Shown one piece after another: positions 49,855-61,414 of a DNA stretch of 64,000 nt; position 1 is the stretch's first letter; every line of letters begins with the position of its first letter. The notes under the pieces are model-generated. The model searched no databases, was not told the DNA's origin, and saw only the letters and a list, made by a program, of their open reading frames with translations. Origin of the DNA: Hemiscyllium ocellatum (Eukaryota); assembly GCF_020745735.1 (NCBI RefSeq), contig NC_083409.1, forward strand, positions 14,006,760-14,070,759, in the 5' to 3' direction. The translations under genes and the position numbers were made by a program.

Positions 49855-50240
49855 CTTTCTCTCTCTCTCTCTCTCTTTTCCCCTTTCTGTCTCACATCTG
49901 CTACTTTGATCTCTCTACATCTATCTCTCTCTCCCACTGTTAATCTCTCTCATATTCCCTCTCTCTCACTCTGTCTCATAGCCACTCCCTCCAACTCACT
50001 CACGCTTCCTCACTCCGTCTCATAATCTTTCTCCATCTCTCACTGTCTTCGTCACTCGCTCCATCTCTCACTTCAATTGAAAGCCTCCAAATGTTATCTG
50101 CCCCTCTCTATTTCTCCCTCTGTTTCTCCCTCATTCTCCGCAGCCCACTCGGCCTCTATTTCTCTCTCTCTGTCTCACTTCTCTCTCTTTCTCACAGTGT
50201 CCCAGGTGGTGACAGTTGAATTCAGGATATATCTCTCTCT
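49855..50240. repeat. CT-rich low-complexity tract
   Basis: Plus strand is strongly pyrimidine-biased with many TCTC runs. Confidence 0.8.
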
Positions 50241-50649
50241 GCTCTGCCCCACTAATGGATGTTAACCCTTGACCCCAGAAGCATGTCTTCTCCTGGAGTA
50301 AAGGCCCATTTCCACATTGACCAGGTTTTGGTATCTCTCAGGAAGATGGACAGATTCTTGTTAAATGAAGGGCAGTTCTGTGCTGTTGGCCTATTCTCAC
50401 TGGGGACTGGTTTGGACACAAACCTCATTCCATGAAGGCCCAGCAGAGAGAGGAGATCCTCAGGCCATCAGTGTGAGCTGGAGGGACAGCACAGGCTCTG
50501 ACCCACTAACCCATCCTGTCCATTCACAACATGTTCCAATCCCTTCCCCTCTCCTTCCCCTTCTACGATCAGTCTCTGAGTCAGTGTGTTTTACTGGGAT
50601 GAGGGTTGGACCATCACACAGTTACAACAGAAAGGAACTGAACCCCACA

Positions 50650-52262
50650 CCCACCATGGTGTCCACACTGCACTGGACTCTCCAACAGAGTCCAGTAAAC
50701 ATGGACGTCAGTTCACGAGAGTGCCCCATAGAGAGACATGGGCCTCCTTCCCACTGAGCTCCCAATAGAGACCAGTAAACATGGGCATTGTTCCTGCTTG
50801 AGCCTCCAATAAATGTTGGCCTCCTTCGTAATGGACTCTCCAAAGGAAACCAGTAAACATGGACCTCCTTCTGACTGGATACTCCAAGAAGACCAGTAAA
50901 TGTGGGCCTCCTATTCACTTGTCCTTCTAATGGTGACAAGTGGATAGTTGAGTTTTTGAAGAAATAGATAGCTTAAGATAGATCAGTACACATCGTCGAC
51001 ATGGACTTTAGCAAGGCCTTAGACAAGGTTCCCCATTGTAGACTGCTTAGTAAGATTATATCACAGAGGATCCAGGTAGAGTTAACCAATTGGATATAAA
51101 ATGGGCCTGATGGTAGGAGGCAGAGGCTGGTGAGAGAGGGTTGATCTTGAGACTGGAGGCCAGTGACCAGCCATCTTCCACAAGAATCGATCCTGGATCC
51201 ACTGTTGTTCATCATTTACATGAACAATTTGTATGAGAAAATAGCAGGAATGTCAGTAAGTTTGTGGCTGACATTAAAATTGTTGGCATCGTGGACAGGT
51301 AAGAAGATTATCTAAGAATGCAATGTCATCTTCATCAACTGGGCCAGTGGGTCAACAAATCCAGATGGAGCTTAATTTCGATAAATGCAAGGAGTTGCAT
51401 TTTGGTAAGACCAACTAGGGCAGGAATTACACAACTGATGGTAGAGCCATGGGGAGTGTTGTTGAACAGAGACACTGAGGGGTACAAGTGCATAGTTCCT
51501 TGAAAGTGGTGTCACAGGTAGAGAGGGTGGTGAAGAAGGCATTTGGCACGCTCACCTTCACTGGTCAAAGCAGGGAGTACAGGAGCTGGGACATCATGTT
51601 ACAGCTGTACAAGGCATTGGTAAGGCCACATTTGGACACTGTGTACATTCCTGCTTACCCTGCTATAGGAAGGAAGTTATTACACTGGTTTGGATAAAAG
51701 AAAGATTAACAGGGATGTTACCAAGGTTGGTGAGTTTGAATTACAAGGCGAGGATGGATAGTCCGAGAGATTTTTCCAATGAATGCAGGAGATTGAGGGG
51801 TGACCTTAGACAGGTTTATAGAATCATTAGGGCCATAGATAAGGTGAATAGCCAAAGTTTTTTTTTCCCCAGGGTAGGAGAGTCTAGTATGAGAAGGAAT
51901 ACTTTTAAGTTGAGATGGGAAAGAATTAGAAGGGGCCTGAGAGACAATCTTTTCACACAGAAGTTGGTGTGTATGTGCAATGAGCTGCCAGAGGAAATGG
52001 TAGAGGGGAGTACAATTACTAGATTTCAAAGACATTTTTACAGGAACATGGATAGGAAGGATTTAGAGAGGATTGGGCCAAACGCATGCAGATGGGACTA
52101 GTTCAGTTTTGGAAACTTGGTCGGCATGGATGAGTTGAGCAGAAGGGCCTGTTGCCACGCTGTAAACCTCTATGACTCTATGATGATGTAAACATGGGGC
52201 ACCTTCCCATAGGACCAATAAACAGTAAACATGGGCCTCCTTCCCACCGGACTGTCCAGTAC
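50650..52262. repeat. ~40-bp degenerate minisatellite split by a CR1
   Basis: Core CCAGTAAACATGGRCCTCCTT recurs at ~50650-50925 and resumes at ~52185-52262. Confidence 0.8.
50926..52184 (+). mobile_element. Degenerate CR1 RT-3' fragment
   Basis: VDMDFSKALDKVPH, LYKALVRPHLD; (CTATGA)n tail. Confidence 0.85.
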
Positions 52263-52989
52263 CTGAGCTGTAACCCCACATCCTGTCCATTACGTAGGTC
52301 TCTTATTTCAATCTGCACAACATTGTTTGTCTCTGCATTACCTCACTCTCTTGACCACAGAAACCCCAATTCCTGCTCATCCCACCTCCTGACTCTATGA
52401 TTTCAATGTCCTCTCCCAGCTTCCTGAAGCCACATTCCATAAACCCCAACTTGTCTGATATGGAGTGATCCCTTCCCTGTCTCACAACTACAGTTGTTCT
52501 AGAATCTGACCTCACTGCCAGCCAATTGCCTCCATGGCCTCCCTCCTCCCTCACTCTGTGTCCTGCTGTAGACTCACATTCCCTCCCTCCCCCTTCCACC
52601 TTCTGTCTCTGGTCTCCTGCCCATTGTTGCTTCCTCCATCCCACCATTGACAGCAGAGCCTTCAGACCCCGAGAGTATCCTCTCTGCCTTCCTGCCCTTC
52701 ATCCCTCCCTCTCTCGTTGTTTGTGATATTGAATATACTGTTCAGTTCCAACACTTTTGGGTCGCTGTTCCCTTGCCATTGATTTGCTGCTTTATTCTAG
52801 TAAATCTAGACTGGTGTGTTCTCTGAGTTGGTTCAAGAGTGTTTTGCTTGAGAAAACATTTCTGTGAACTGGTTTGTCTGTTTCTCCCAGTCTTTGTGTA
52901 AAGGTGAGACTAAGTGTGTAAATGCTGTCATTTCATGGAGCAATCCAGTCAGTCCCACCCCCTCCCCTACTCGACAGCCAGGGCCTTGC

Positions 52990-53660
52990 AGGTTTATTTC
53001 CATCAAGAGCCCATCCAATCTGCCATTGCCATCACTGAGTGTCTTCACCTGCCTCACCTGAATGGGCACTAATTTCCAAGTCATTACCAATTGCTGCTAA
53101 AAAAAGTTCTTCCTGACATCCCATATCTCTTGCCCAACAAAATGCAAGGTAATCTCAATGTGAAGATGGGATTTTGTCTCCACACGGACTGTGCAGTTGT
53201 CACCCTTACTGATACTGTCATGGACAGATACACCAGCAGCAGGCAGGTTGGTGAGGGTGATAGTGAGTATGATTTTCCCTCTTGTTGGTTCCCTCACCAC
53301 TTGCCCCAGGTCCAGTCTAGCAGCTGAATCAGGTGGAACTTGACCAACTTGCTCAGTAGTGATGCTTCTGAGCAGCTCTTGATGGTGGGCTTTGAAGTCC
53401 CTTACTCAGAGTATATCCTGCATCCTTCCCACCCTCAGTGCTCCCTCCAAGTGTTGGTCAACATGGAGGAGGACTGACTGCTCAGTTGAGGTTGGAGTGG
53501 AGGGCGGTGCTATGTGGTAATCAGCAGGAGGTTTCCTTCCCCATGTTTGACCTGCTGTCATGAGGCTTCATGGGTTCCATAGTTAATGGTGAGGACTCCA
53601 GGGCAACTCCCTTCCGACTGTACACACCACTGTGTTGCCTCCCCTGCTTGGTCTATCCTG
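52990..53660 (-). mobile_element. Old LINE endonuclease-region remnant
   Basis: VREPTRGKIILTITLTNLP motif. Confidence 0.55.
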
Positions 53661-53752
53661 CCAGTTAAAAACTGAATGAGGGAACAATTCCATTCAGGTT
53701 TTACAGCTTGGAGACAGAGCTGCTGCTGGATTCTGTTTCTGATCTCCGAGTG

Positions 53753-54009
53753 CAGGTGTATGTGTTTGTGAGAGAGTGACTGTCCTTTTTCCCATCACTG
53801 TGCTGTTTCTGAAAAGAAAAATCCCAGAACCAGCCTCCTGTGCTGTCAGGTTCTTGGGAGTGCAGACAGTTCACAGTTTTCTCCCGTCTCAGTAACAAAC
53901 ATCCAGCTGCTCCGAGCTCTTTATTTCACTTCCTCTTTTGGTGAAGTTTCAACCTTGCGATCTGACAGTCTTTGCAGTTATTTTTTACACTGGGGCTTTC
54001 TGCTGTGGT
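53753..54009. promoter_or_regulatory. Candidate B-cell enhancer (EICE + E-boxes + kB-like + Runx)
   Basis: Minus strand AAAAGAGGAAGTGAAA around 53924-53939; CAGGTG 53753, CAGCTG 53904, kB-like 53816 and 53992, TGTGGT 54004; lies in a stretch where I recognise no repeat. Confidence 0.45.
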
Positions 54010-54734
54010 CAGAATCTCTAATAATAAGTGTCCAATCAGTGACAATCACAGCAGCTAAGAGCAGTCAGGACTGAGGAGCCAGGCTCACTGGGAAACACAT
54101 TGGGAAGATCAAAGCCATTCCCCTTCAGCTCCCAGTACAAACTCCATCCCTCTCCCTGAGCACTGCCTGCTGCTCAACCAGACTCTTTACAAACTTGGCC
54201 TCATCTTTGGGGCTGATCTGAGCACCATATCCTCCATCTCACAAAGATCAGCAACTGAAAATCTCTGTCATGTGCATGGGACTCCAAACATGACCATACC
54301 AATGTTGCGCTTGCACACATCACAGCCACTGCCCTCCGTAACCTTCAGCTCATCCCAAATTCTGCTGCCCCATATCTAAACTCGTATCAAATCCCATTCC
54401 TCCAACCCCCTGCGCCCTGTGCCTACATTGGCTCCTGGTCCAGCAACACCTTGATTTTCAAATTCTCATCCTTGTTCTCAAGTCCCTCCCTGTCCTCCAC
54501 TCTCCCTATCTCTGTAACCTCCTCCAAACTGCCTCACTCAGTGTGATCAACAATCTTGGATATATGGCTGTCTATTCCTTCATCCAAGTCATTTAGAAAT
54601 ATCGTGAAATGCTGAGGTTCCAGCCCAATTCCCTGGGGACACCACTATCCAGATTTTGCTCATTGGAGAGCACACACATTATCCCTCCTCTCTGTCTCCT
54701 ACCTCCAAACTAATTTCTGACCAAAGATAAATAC

Positions 54735-55775
54735 TTTTCTCTAACTGGCGAGAATGGGAGAAAGCAGAGGGACATAGTGGAAGGATACTTGTCAGACTGG
54801 AGGCCTGAGTCTAGTGGAGTGCCTCAGGATTGATGCTGGGCCCATTATTGTTTGTTATCAATATCAATGATTTAGAAGACATTACAATAGCCGGTATTGT
54901 GGACAATGAGGAAGGTTATCAGATATTGTAACAGGACCTTGATCAGCTGTGGAAGTGGGAAAAGAAATGATAAATTGAGTTTAATGTAGATAAGTATGAG
55001 GTCTTGCATTTTGGAAAGTTAAATCAAGGTAGGAGTTTCATGGTGAATGGTAAGGCCTTCAGGACTGTAGTGAAACAGTGGGATCTCAGAGTTCAGGTGC
55101 ACAGTTCTCTGAAAGTTGAGTCACAGTTAGACAGGGCAGTGAAGAAGGCTTTTGGCACACTGGCCGTCATCAGTCAGGGCACTGGGTGTAGAAGTTGGGA
55201 AGTTATGTTTCAATTGTACATGACGTTGGTGAGGCTGCACTTGGAGTATTGTGTTCAGTTTTGGTCACCTTGTTATATGAAGGATATTATTAAACTGGAA
55301 AGAGTGCAGAATAAATTTACAAGGATGTTGCCAGGTTTCAACATCTGAGTTTTTGGGAGAGTTTGGGCCAGCTAGGACATTTTTCTTAAGAATGTTGGAG
55401 ACTAAAGGGGAATCTTTTAGAAGTGTATAAGATCTTGAGAAACATGGATAGGGTGAATGCACTCAGTCTTTGTCCCAGGGTTGGGGAATCAAGGCCTAGA
55501 GGGCATCAGTTGAAGGTTAGAATAAACGGGAACCTGAGGGGCATCATTTTTACACAGAAGGTGGTAGTCGTATGGAATGATTGAGGAGGGTACATGAACA
55601 ACATTTAAAAGGTATTTGGACAAATACATAGATAGTATGTAATTTGAAGGATATGGGCCAAGTGCAGGGCAAATGGGGTTTGTGTGGATGGATATTTTGG
55701 TCAGCATGGTCTGGTTTGGGCCAAAGGGCCTGTATCTGTGCTGTAGGACTCGATGACTCTATGACTCTACAATTC
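54735..55775 (+). mobile_element. Degenerate CR1 RT-3' fragment
   Basis: HFGKLNQGR...LYMTLVRLHLEYCVQFWSP; (ATGACTCT)n tail. Confidence 0.85.
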
Positions 55776-55809
55776 CACATGTTTCCATGTTTATGAACAG
55801 TCTCTCAAA

Positions 55810-57060
55810 CATAGAAACAGAGGAACTAGGAGCAGGAGGAGGCCATTCAGCCCTTCGAGTCAGCTCTGCCAGTCAATATGACCATGACTGATCATCCAAC
55901 TTAGTCTCCTGTTCCCATTTTTTCTCCATAACCTTTAATCCCTTTAGTCCTAAGATCTATACCTGTCGCTTTCTTGAAAACATTTAATGTTTTGAGCTCA
56001 ACTGCTTTCTGTGACAGAATATTCCACCAGCTTCCCACTCTCTGGCTAAAGAACTGTTCCTTATCTCAGTCCGAAATGGCCTTTCCATTTTCTTTAAACT
56101 GTAATTCCTGGTTCTGGATTCTCCAGTCATCATGAACATAATTCCTGTGTTTTCTGGTCTTGTCCTGTTAGGATTTTACAGGTTTCAATGTGATTCCTCT
56201 CAAATTTCTAAACTCCAGTGAATATAATCCTAACTGATCCAGTTTCTCATCAGATCTAAGTGCTGTCCTCCCAGGAATCAGTCTGGTAAACCTTCGCTGC
56301 CCTCCCTCCACAACCAGAACATCCTTCCTCAGGTAAGGAGACCAAAACTGCACACAACAGAAACATAAAATCACACAGTATAGAAGAGGCCCTTCAGCCC
56401 ATTAACTGTGTACTAGCCAAACTACAGTAAACCTACACCAGTCCCACTTTCCAACATCAGGCCCATAGCTTGAATGTTCTGATATTTCAACTGCTCACCC
56501 AACTACTTTTTAAAGTTTGTGAGGTTTCCCACGTCAACTACCCTCCCAGGATGTGCGTTCCAGACCCCCACCACCCTCTGGGTAAAAAACACTTTTCTCA
56601 AAACGTCTTGAAACCTCCTATCTTTGACATTGAATGTGAGCCAACTTGTTATTGACCCTCCCAAGAAGGAGAACAGCTGCTTTCTCTCCTCCCTGTCCAA
56701 TCCCCTCATAACCTTATACACCTCTATCAGATCCCCCCTCCACCTTCTCTGCTCTGAAGAAAACAACCCGAGCTAATCCAATTTCTCTTCATCACTGAGA
56801 GGTTCCATCCCACACAACATCCTGGTGATTCCCCTCTGCACCCCATCCAGTGCAATCACATCCTTCCTACAGTGTGGTGACCTGAACTGCACACAGTACT
56901 CCAGCTGTGGCCTCACCAATGTTCTGCTTAACTGCCACATCTCCTCCTGCTTTTATAACCGATACCTGACATGACAAAGGCAAGTGTCCCCTATGCCTTC
57001 ATAACTGCTCTGTTAACCTGTCTTACCATATTCAGGGATCAGTGGAGAAGCACCCCAAGA
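55810..57060 (-). mobile_element. Two adjacent CR1 3' fragments
   Basis: CVQFWSPYLRKD...RRFTRLIPG and RWRGDLIEVYKVMRGLD motifs. Confidence 0.8.
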
Positions 57061-57097
57061 TCACGCTGTTCCTTTGAGCTTCCTCAGTTCAAAGACC

Positions 57098-60000
57098 AAA
57101 GAGCAATGAAAATTACAGCACAAGAACTGGCCCTTCGGCCCTACTAGCCTGCACTGGTCCAAATCCTCCATCTAAACCTGTCATCAATTTCCCAATGGTC
57201 TGTCTCCCTTTGCTCCCTCCCCATCCATGTATCTATCTAGATATATCTTAAATGATGCTATTGTACCTGCCTCTACCACCTCCACTGGCAACGTGTTCCA
57301 GGACCAATCACTCTCTGTGTGAAGAACTTTCCATACATATCTCCCTTAAATGTTTCCATTCTCACTTTGAACTCATGACCCAGAGTAATTGAGTCCCCCA
57401 CTCTGGGAAAAAGGCTTCTTGCTATCCACCCTGTCTATATCTCTCATGATTTTGTAGACCCCAATCAGGTTCCCCCCGCAACGTTCGACTTTCTAATGAA
57501 AATAATCCTAATCTACTAAACCTCTCTTCATAGCTAGCACCCTCCATACCAGGCAATCCTGGTGAAACTCCTCTGCACCCTCTCCAAAGCATCCACATCT
57601 TTCTGGTAATGTGGCAACCAGAACTGTACGCAGTATTCCAAATGTGGCCAGGCCAAAATCTGATATAATTCTAATATGACCTTCCAACTCTTGTGCTGAA
57701 TACCACGTCTGGTGAAGGAAGGTATGCCATATGCCTTCTTGACCACTCTGTCGACCTGTGTTGCCACCTCCAGGGTACAATGGACCTGAACACCCAGGTC
57801 TCTCTGGGCATCAATTTTCCCAGGGTGTTCCATTCACCGTACAGTTTACTCCAGATTTGGATCTTCCAAATTTCTTCAGATCGCATTTGCCTGGTTTGAA
57901 CTCCATCCGTCCGTTTCTCTGCCCAACTCTCCAATCTGTCTATATTCTGCTACATTCTTTGACGGTCCCTTTCAATATCTGCTACTCCACCAATCTTAGA
58001 GTCATCTGCAAACTTGCTAATCAGTCCACCTATACCTTCCTCCAGATCATTTATGTATATCATAAACAAGAGCGGTACCAGCACAGATTCCTGTTCTCCA
58101 TTTTGAGAAACTCCTTCCATTACTACCGTCTGTCTTCTGTTGCCCAGCCTGTTCTCTATCCATCTAGTGAGTACACTCTGGACCCTATGCGACTTAAATT
58201 TCTTTATCAGGCTGCCATGGGGAACTTTATCAAACGCATTCCTGAAATCCATGTGTATGACATCCATAGCCCTCCCTCATCAATCAACTTCATCACTTCT
58301 TCAAAAAATTCTATAAAGATGGTAAGACATGACATTCCCTGCACAAATTCATGCTGCCTATAACTAATAAGTCAATTTTCTTCCAAATGTAAATAGATCT
58401 TATCCCTCAGTATCTTCTCCAGCAGGTTCCCTACCACTACATCAGGCTCACTGGTTGATAGTTGCCTGGATTATCCTGGCTACCCTTCTTAAACATTAGC
58501 AATTCTCCAGTCCTCTGGGACCTCATCCATGTTCAAAGTTGCTACAAAGATATTGATTAAGGCCCCAGCTATTTCCTCTCTTGCTTCCCTCAGTAACCTG
58601 GGATCAATCCCATCCCGACCTGGGGACTTGTCCACCTGGATGCCTTTTAAAATACCCAACACTTCCTCCCTCCTTAAACCTACTTGACCCTGAATAAACA
58701 AACATCTATCCCCAACTTCAACATCTGTCATTTCCCCCTCCTTGGTGAATACCGACGTAAAGCACTCATTAAGAATCTCATCAATTTTCTCTGACTCCAC
58801 ACATAACTTTCCTCCTTTTTCCTTGAGTGGGCCAACCCTTTCTCTAGTCACCCTCTTGCTCCTTATATATGAATAAAAGGATTTGGGATTTTCCTTAATC
58901 CTATTTGTTAATGATATTTTGTGACCCCTTTTAGCCCTTTTAATTCCTCACTTCAGATTGGTCCTACTTTCACGATATTCTTCCAAAGCTTTGCCTGTTT
59001 TCAGCTACCTCGACCATATGTATGCATCCTTTTTCCTCTTAGCTATGCTCACAATTTCATCTGTCATCCAGCGTTCCCTAATCCTGCCATTTCAATCCCT
59101 TATTTTCACAGGGACATGTCTGCCCTGACTCGAGTCAACCTCTCTTTAAAAGCCTCCCACATATCAAATATGGATTTCCCTTTAAACAGCTATTCCCAAT
59201 CCACATTCCCCAGCTCCTGCCAAATTTTGCTATAGTTGGCCTTCCCCCAGTTTAGCCATCTTCCTTTCGGAGCACTCTCGTCTTTGTCCATGAGTATTCT
59301 AAAACTTATGGAATTGTGGTCACTGTTACCAAAATAATCCCCTAGTGAAATTTCAACCACCTGGCCGGGCTCATTCCCCAATACCTGGCCCCTTCCTGAG
59401 TTAGATTATTTCCACATTACTCTGTAAAATCCTCCTGGATGCTCCTTACAAATTCTGCTCCATCTTAACTTCTAACATTGAGTGAATCCCAGTCAATGTT
59501 GGGAAAATTAAAATCTTCCATCACCACCACCTTGTTACTCCTACATCTTTCCATAATCTGTTTACATATTTGTACCTCTATCCCACGTTCACTCTTAGAG
59601 CCTTGTAGGATAGCACCGACATTGTTACTGCACCCTTCCTGTTTCTGAGCTCTGCCCATATTGCCCCACTGCTCGAGTCCTCCATAGTGCCCTCCTTCAG
59701 CACACCTGTGATAACCACTCTGACCAATAATGCAACTCCTCCATCCCTTTTACCTCCCTCTCAAACCCATCGGATACATCTGTATCCTGGGATATTTAGT
59801 TGCCAATCTTGCCCTTCCCTCAACCACGTCTCAGTAATAGCAATAACATCATACTCCCAGATACTAATCCAAGCCCAAAATTCCTCTGCCTTACCTACTA
59901 CACTTCTCACATTAAAACAATACACCTCAGACCATCTGTCCCTTTGCTTTCATCATCTGCCCCCGACCTACTCTTAACCTTAGTCACGCTAACTTCAATA

Positions 60001-60560
60001 TCTAGTTCCTGACAGGCTTTAGTTACTCCCTCCTTATTGTCCATTAACTTCCTCATTTGGTTCCCATCCCTCTGCTACACTATTTTGAACGTGATCAAAC
60101 ATATCCCACAGGACACTGGTTTCAGTCCTGCCCAGGTGTAGACCACTCGATTTGTAATTGTCCCACCTCCCCAGGAACCAGTCCCAATGTCCCAAAAATC
60201 TGAACCCCTCCCTCCTGCACCATCTCTCAGGCCACGCATTCATCCTGCCTATACTTTCATTTCGACTCTGACTAGCACATGGCACTGGGAGCAATCCTGA
60301 GATTACTACCTCTGAGATCCTACATTTTAATATGGTTCCTAACTCCCTAAATTCTGCTTGTCGGAACCTCATCCCATTTATTACCAATATCATCGGTGCC
60401 TACATGAACAGTCACAGTTAGCTGTTTACCTCCCCCTTCAGAATGTCCTGTAGCCGATCTGAGACATCCCTGAGCCGTACAGCTGGGAGGCAACATGCTA
60501 TTCGTGAGTCTTGTCTTTGACCACAGAACCGCCGATCTACTCCCTTTACAAAGTCCAAAC
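57098..60560 (-). mobile_element. Long degenerate CR1 (ORF1 esterase remnant through ORF2 and tail)
   Basis: TVHVGTDDIG and RNAWPERWCRREGFRFLGHWD (ORF1); DFNFPNIDW, LGDYFGNSDHN, KSPGRDG, DFRNAFDKVPHG and FADD (ORF2). Confidence 0.9.
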
Positions 60561-61414
60561 AAACCATATCCATGGCCCCCCCTTATCAAATCCACTCACT
60601 ACATCCTCAAACAATTCCAGTCAATTTTTTAAGCATGATTTCCCTTTCGAAAATTCATGCTTACTATCTCCAGTTCTGTCACTGTTTTCAAAGTGCTAAG
60701 CTATCAAATATTTTGTAATGAACTTGAGCATTTTCTCCACTGCTGATTTCTAGCTAATTGGTCTAAAATGTTTGATTTTCCCCCTCTCTATCTCTCTCTC
60801 TCTCTTTCAATAATCGTGTTAAATTAGCTCCCTCCACTCTGTTTGACCTATTCCACAGTCGACAAACAGATAACCATCAATGTTTCTAATATTTTACAAC
60901 CCACTTCCTGAAGCACTCCTGAAAATAGATTATTTGGCCCTGCTGATTTAACACACTTTAATTTTCCCAGAACCATTTTCCTCAACAACTGATTTCCTTC
61001 AGCTCATTCCTCTGATAAAACCCCAAGTTCACCAACATGTCTGAGATTTATTTGAGAATTCATTTGTGCAGCAAGATCCAGAATATGTTTATCTGTCATC
61101 TCTTTGTTCCAACGATAACATTATAACACTTATGTGAAACTTCCTTGAATGTCATCTGGACGTCCATATAAACAACACATTCCCTTATCTCCCACATTAG
61201 TGACCTCGTTAAAACATGTAACCAGGTTAGTTAAAAATGTCTGACCCTTTTTAAATCCATGCTGACTTACTCTGATCTGTTCATATTTGTCAGACATTCT
61301 GTCTCTAAACCAGATTCAATTACTTCCCAACAATAGACATTCAACGGAGATGTTCATTGTGAGTGAGGTTAGTAAACAGCTAGCACTGACATGACGGGCT
61401 GAACAGCCTCCTCC

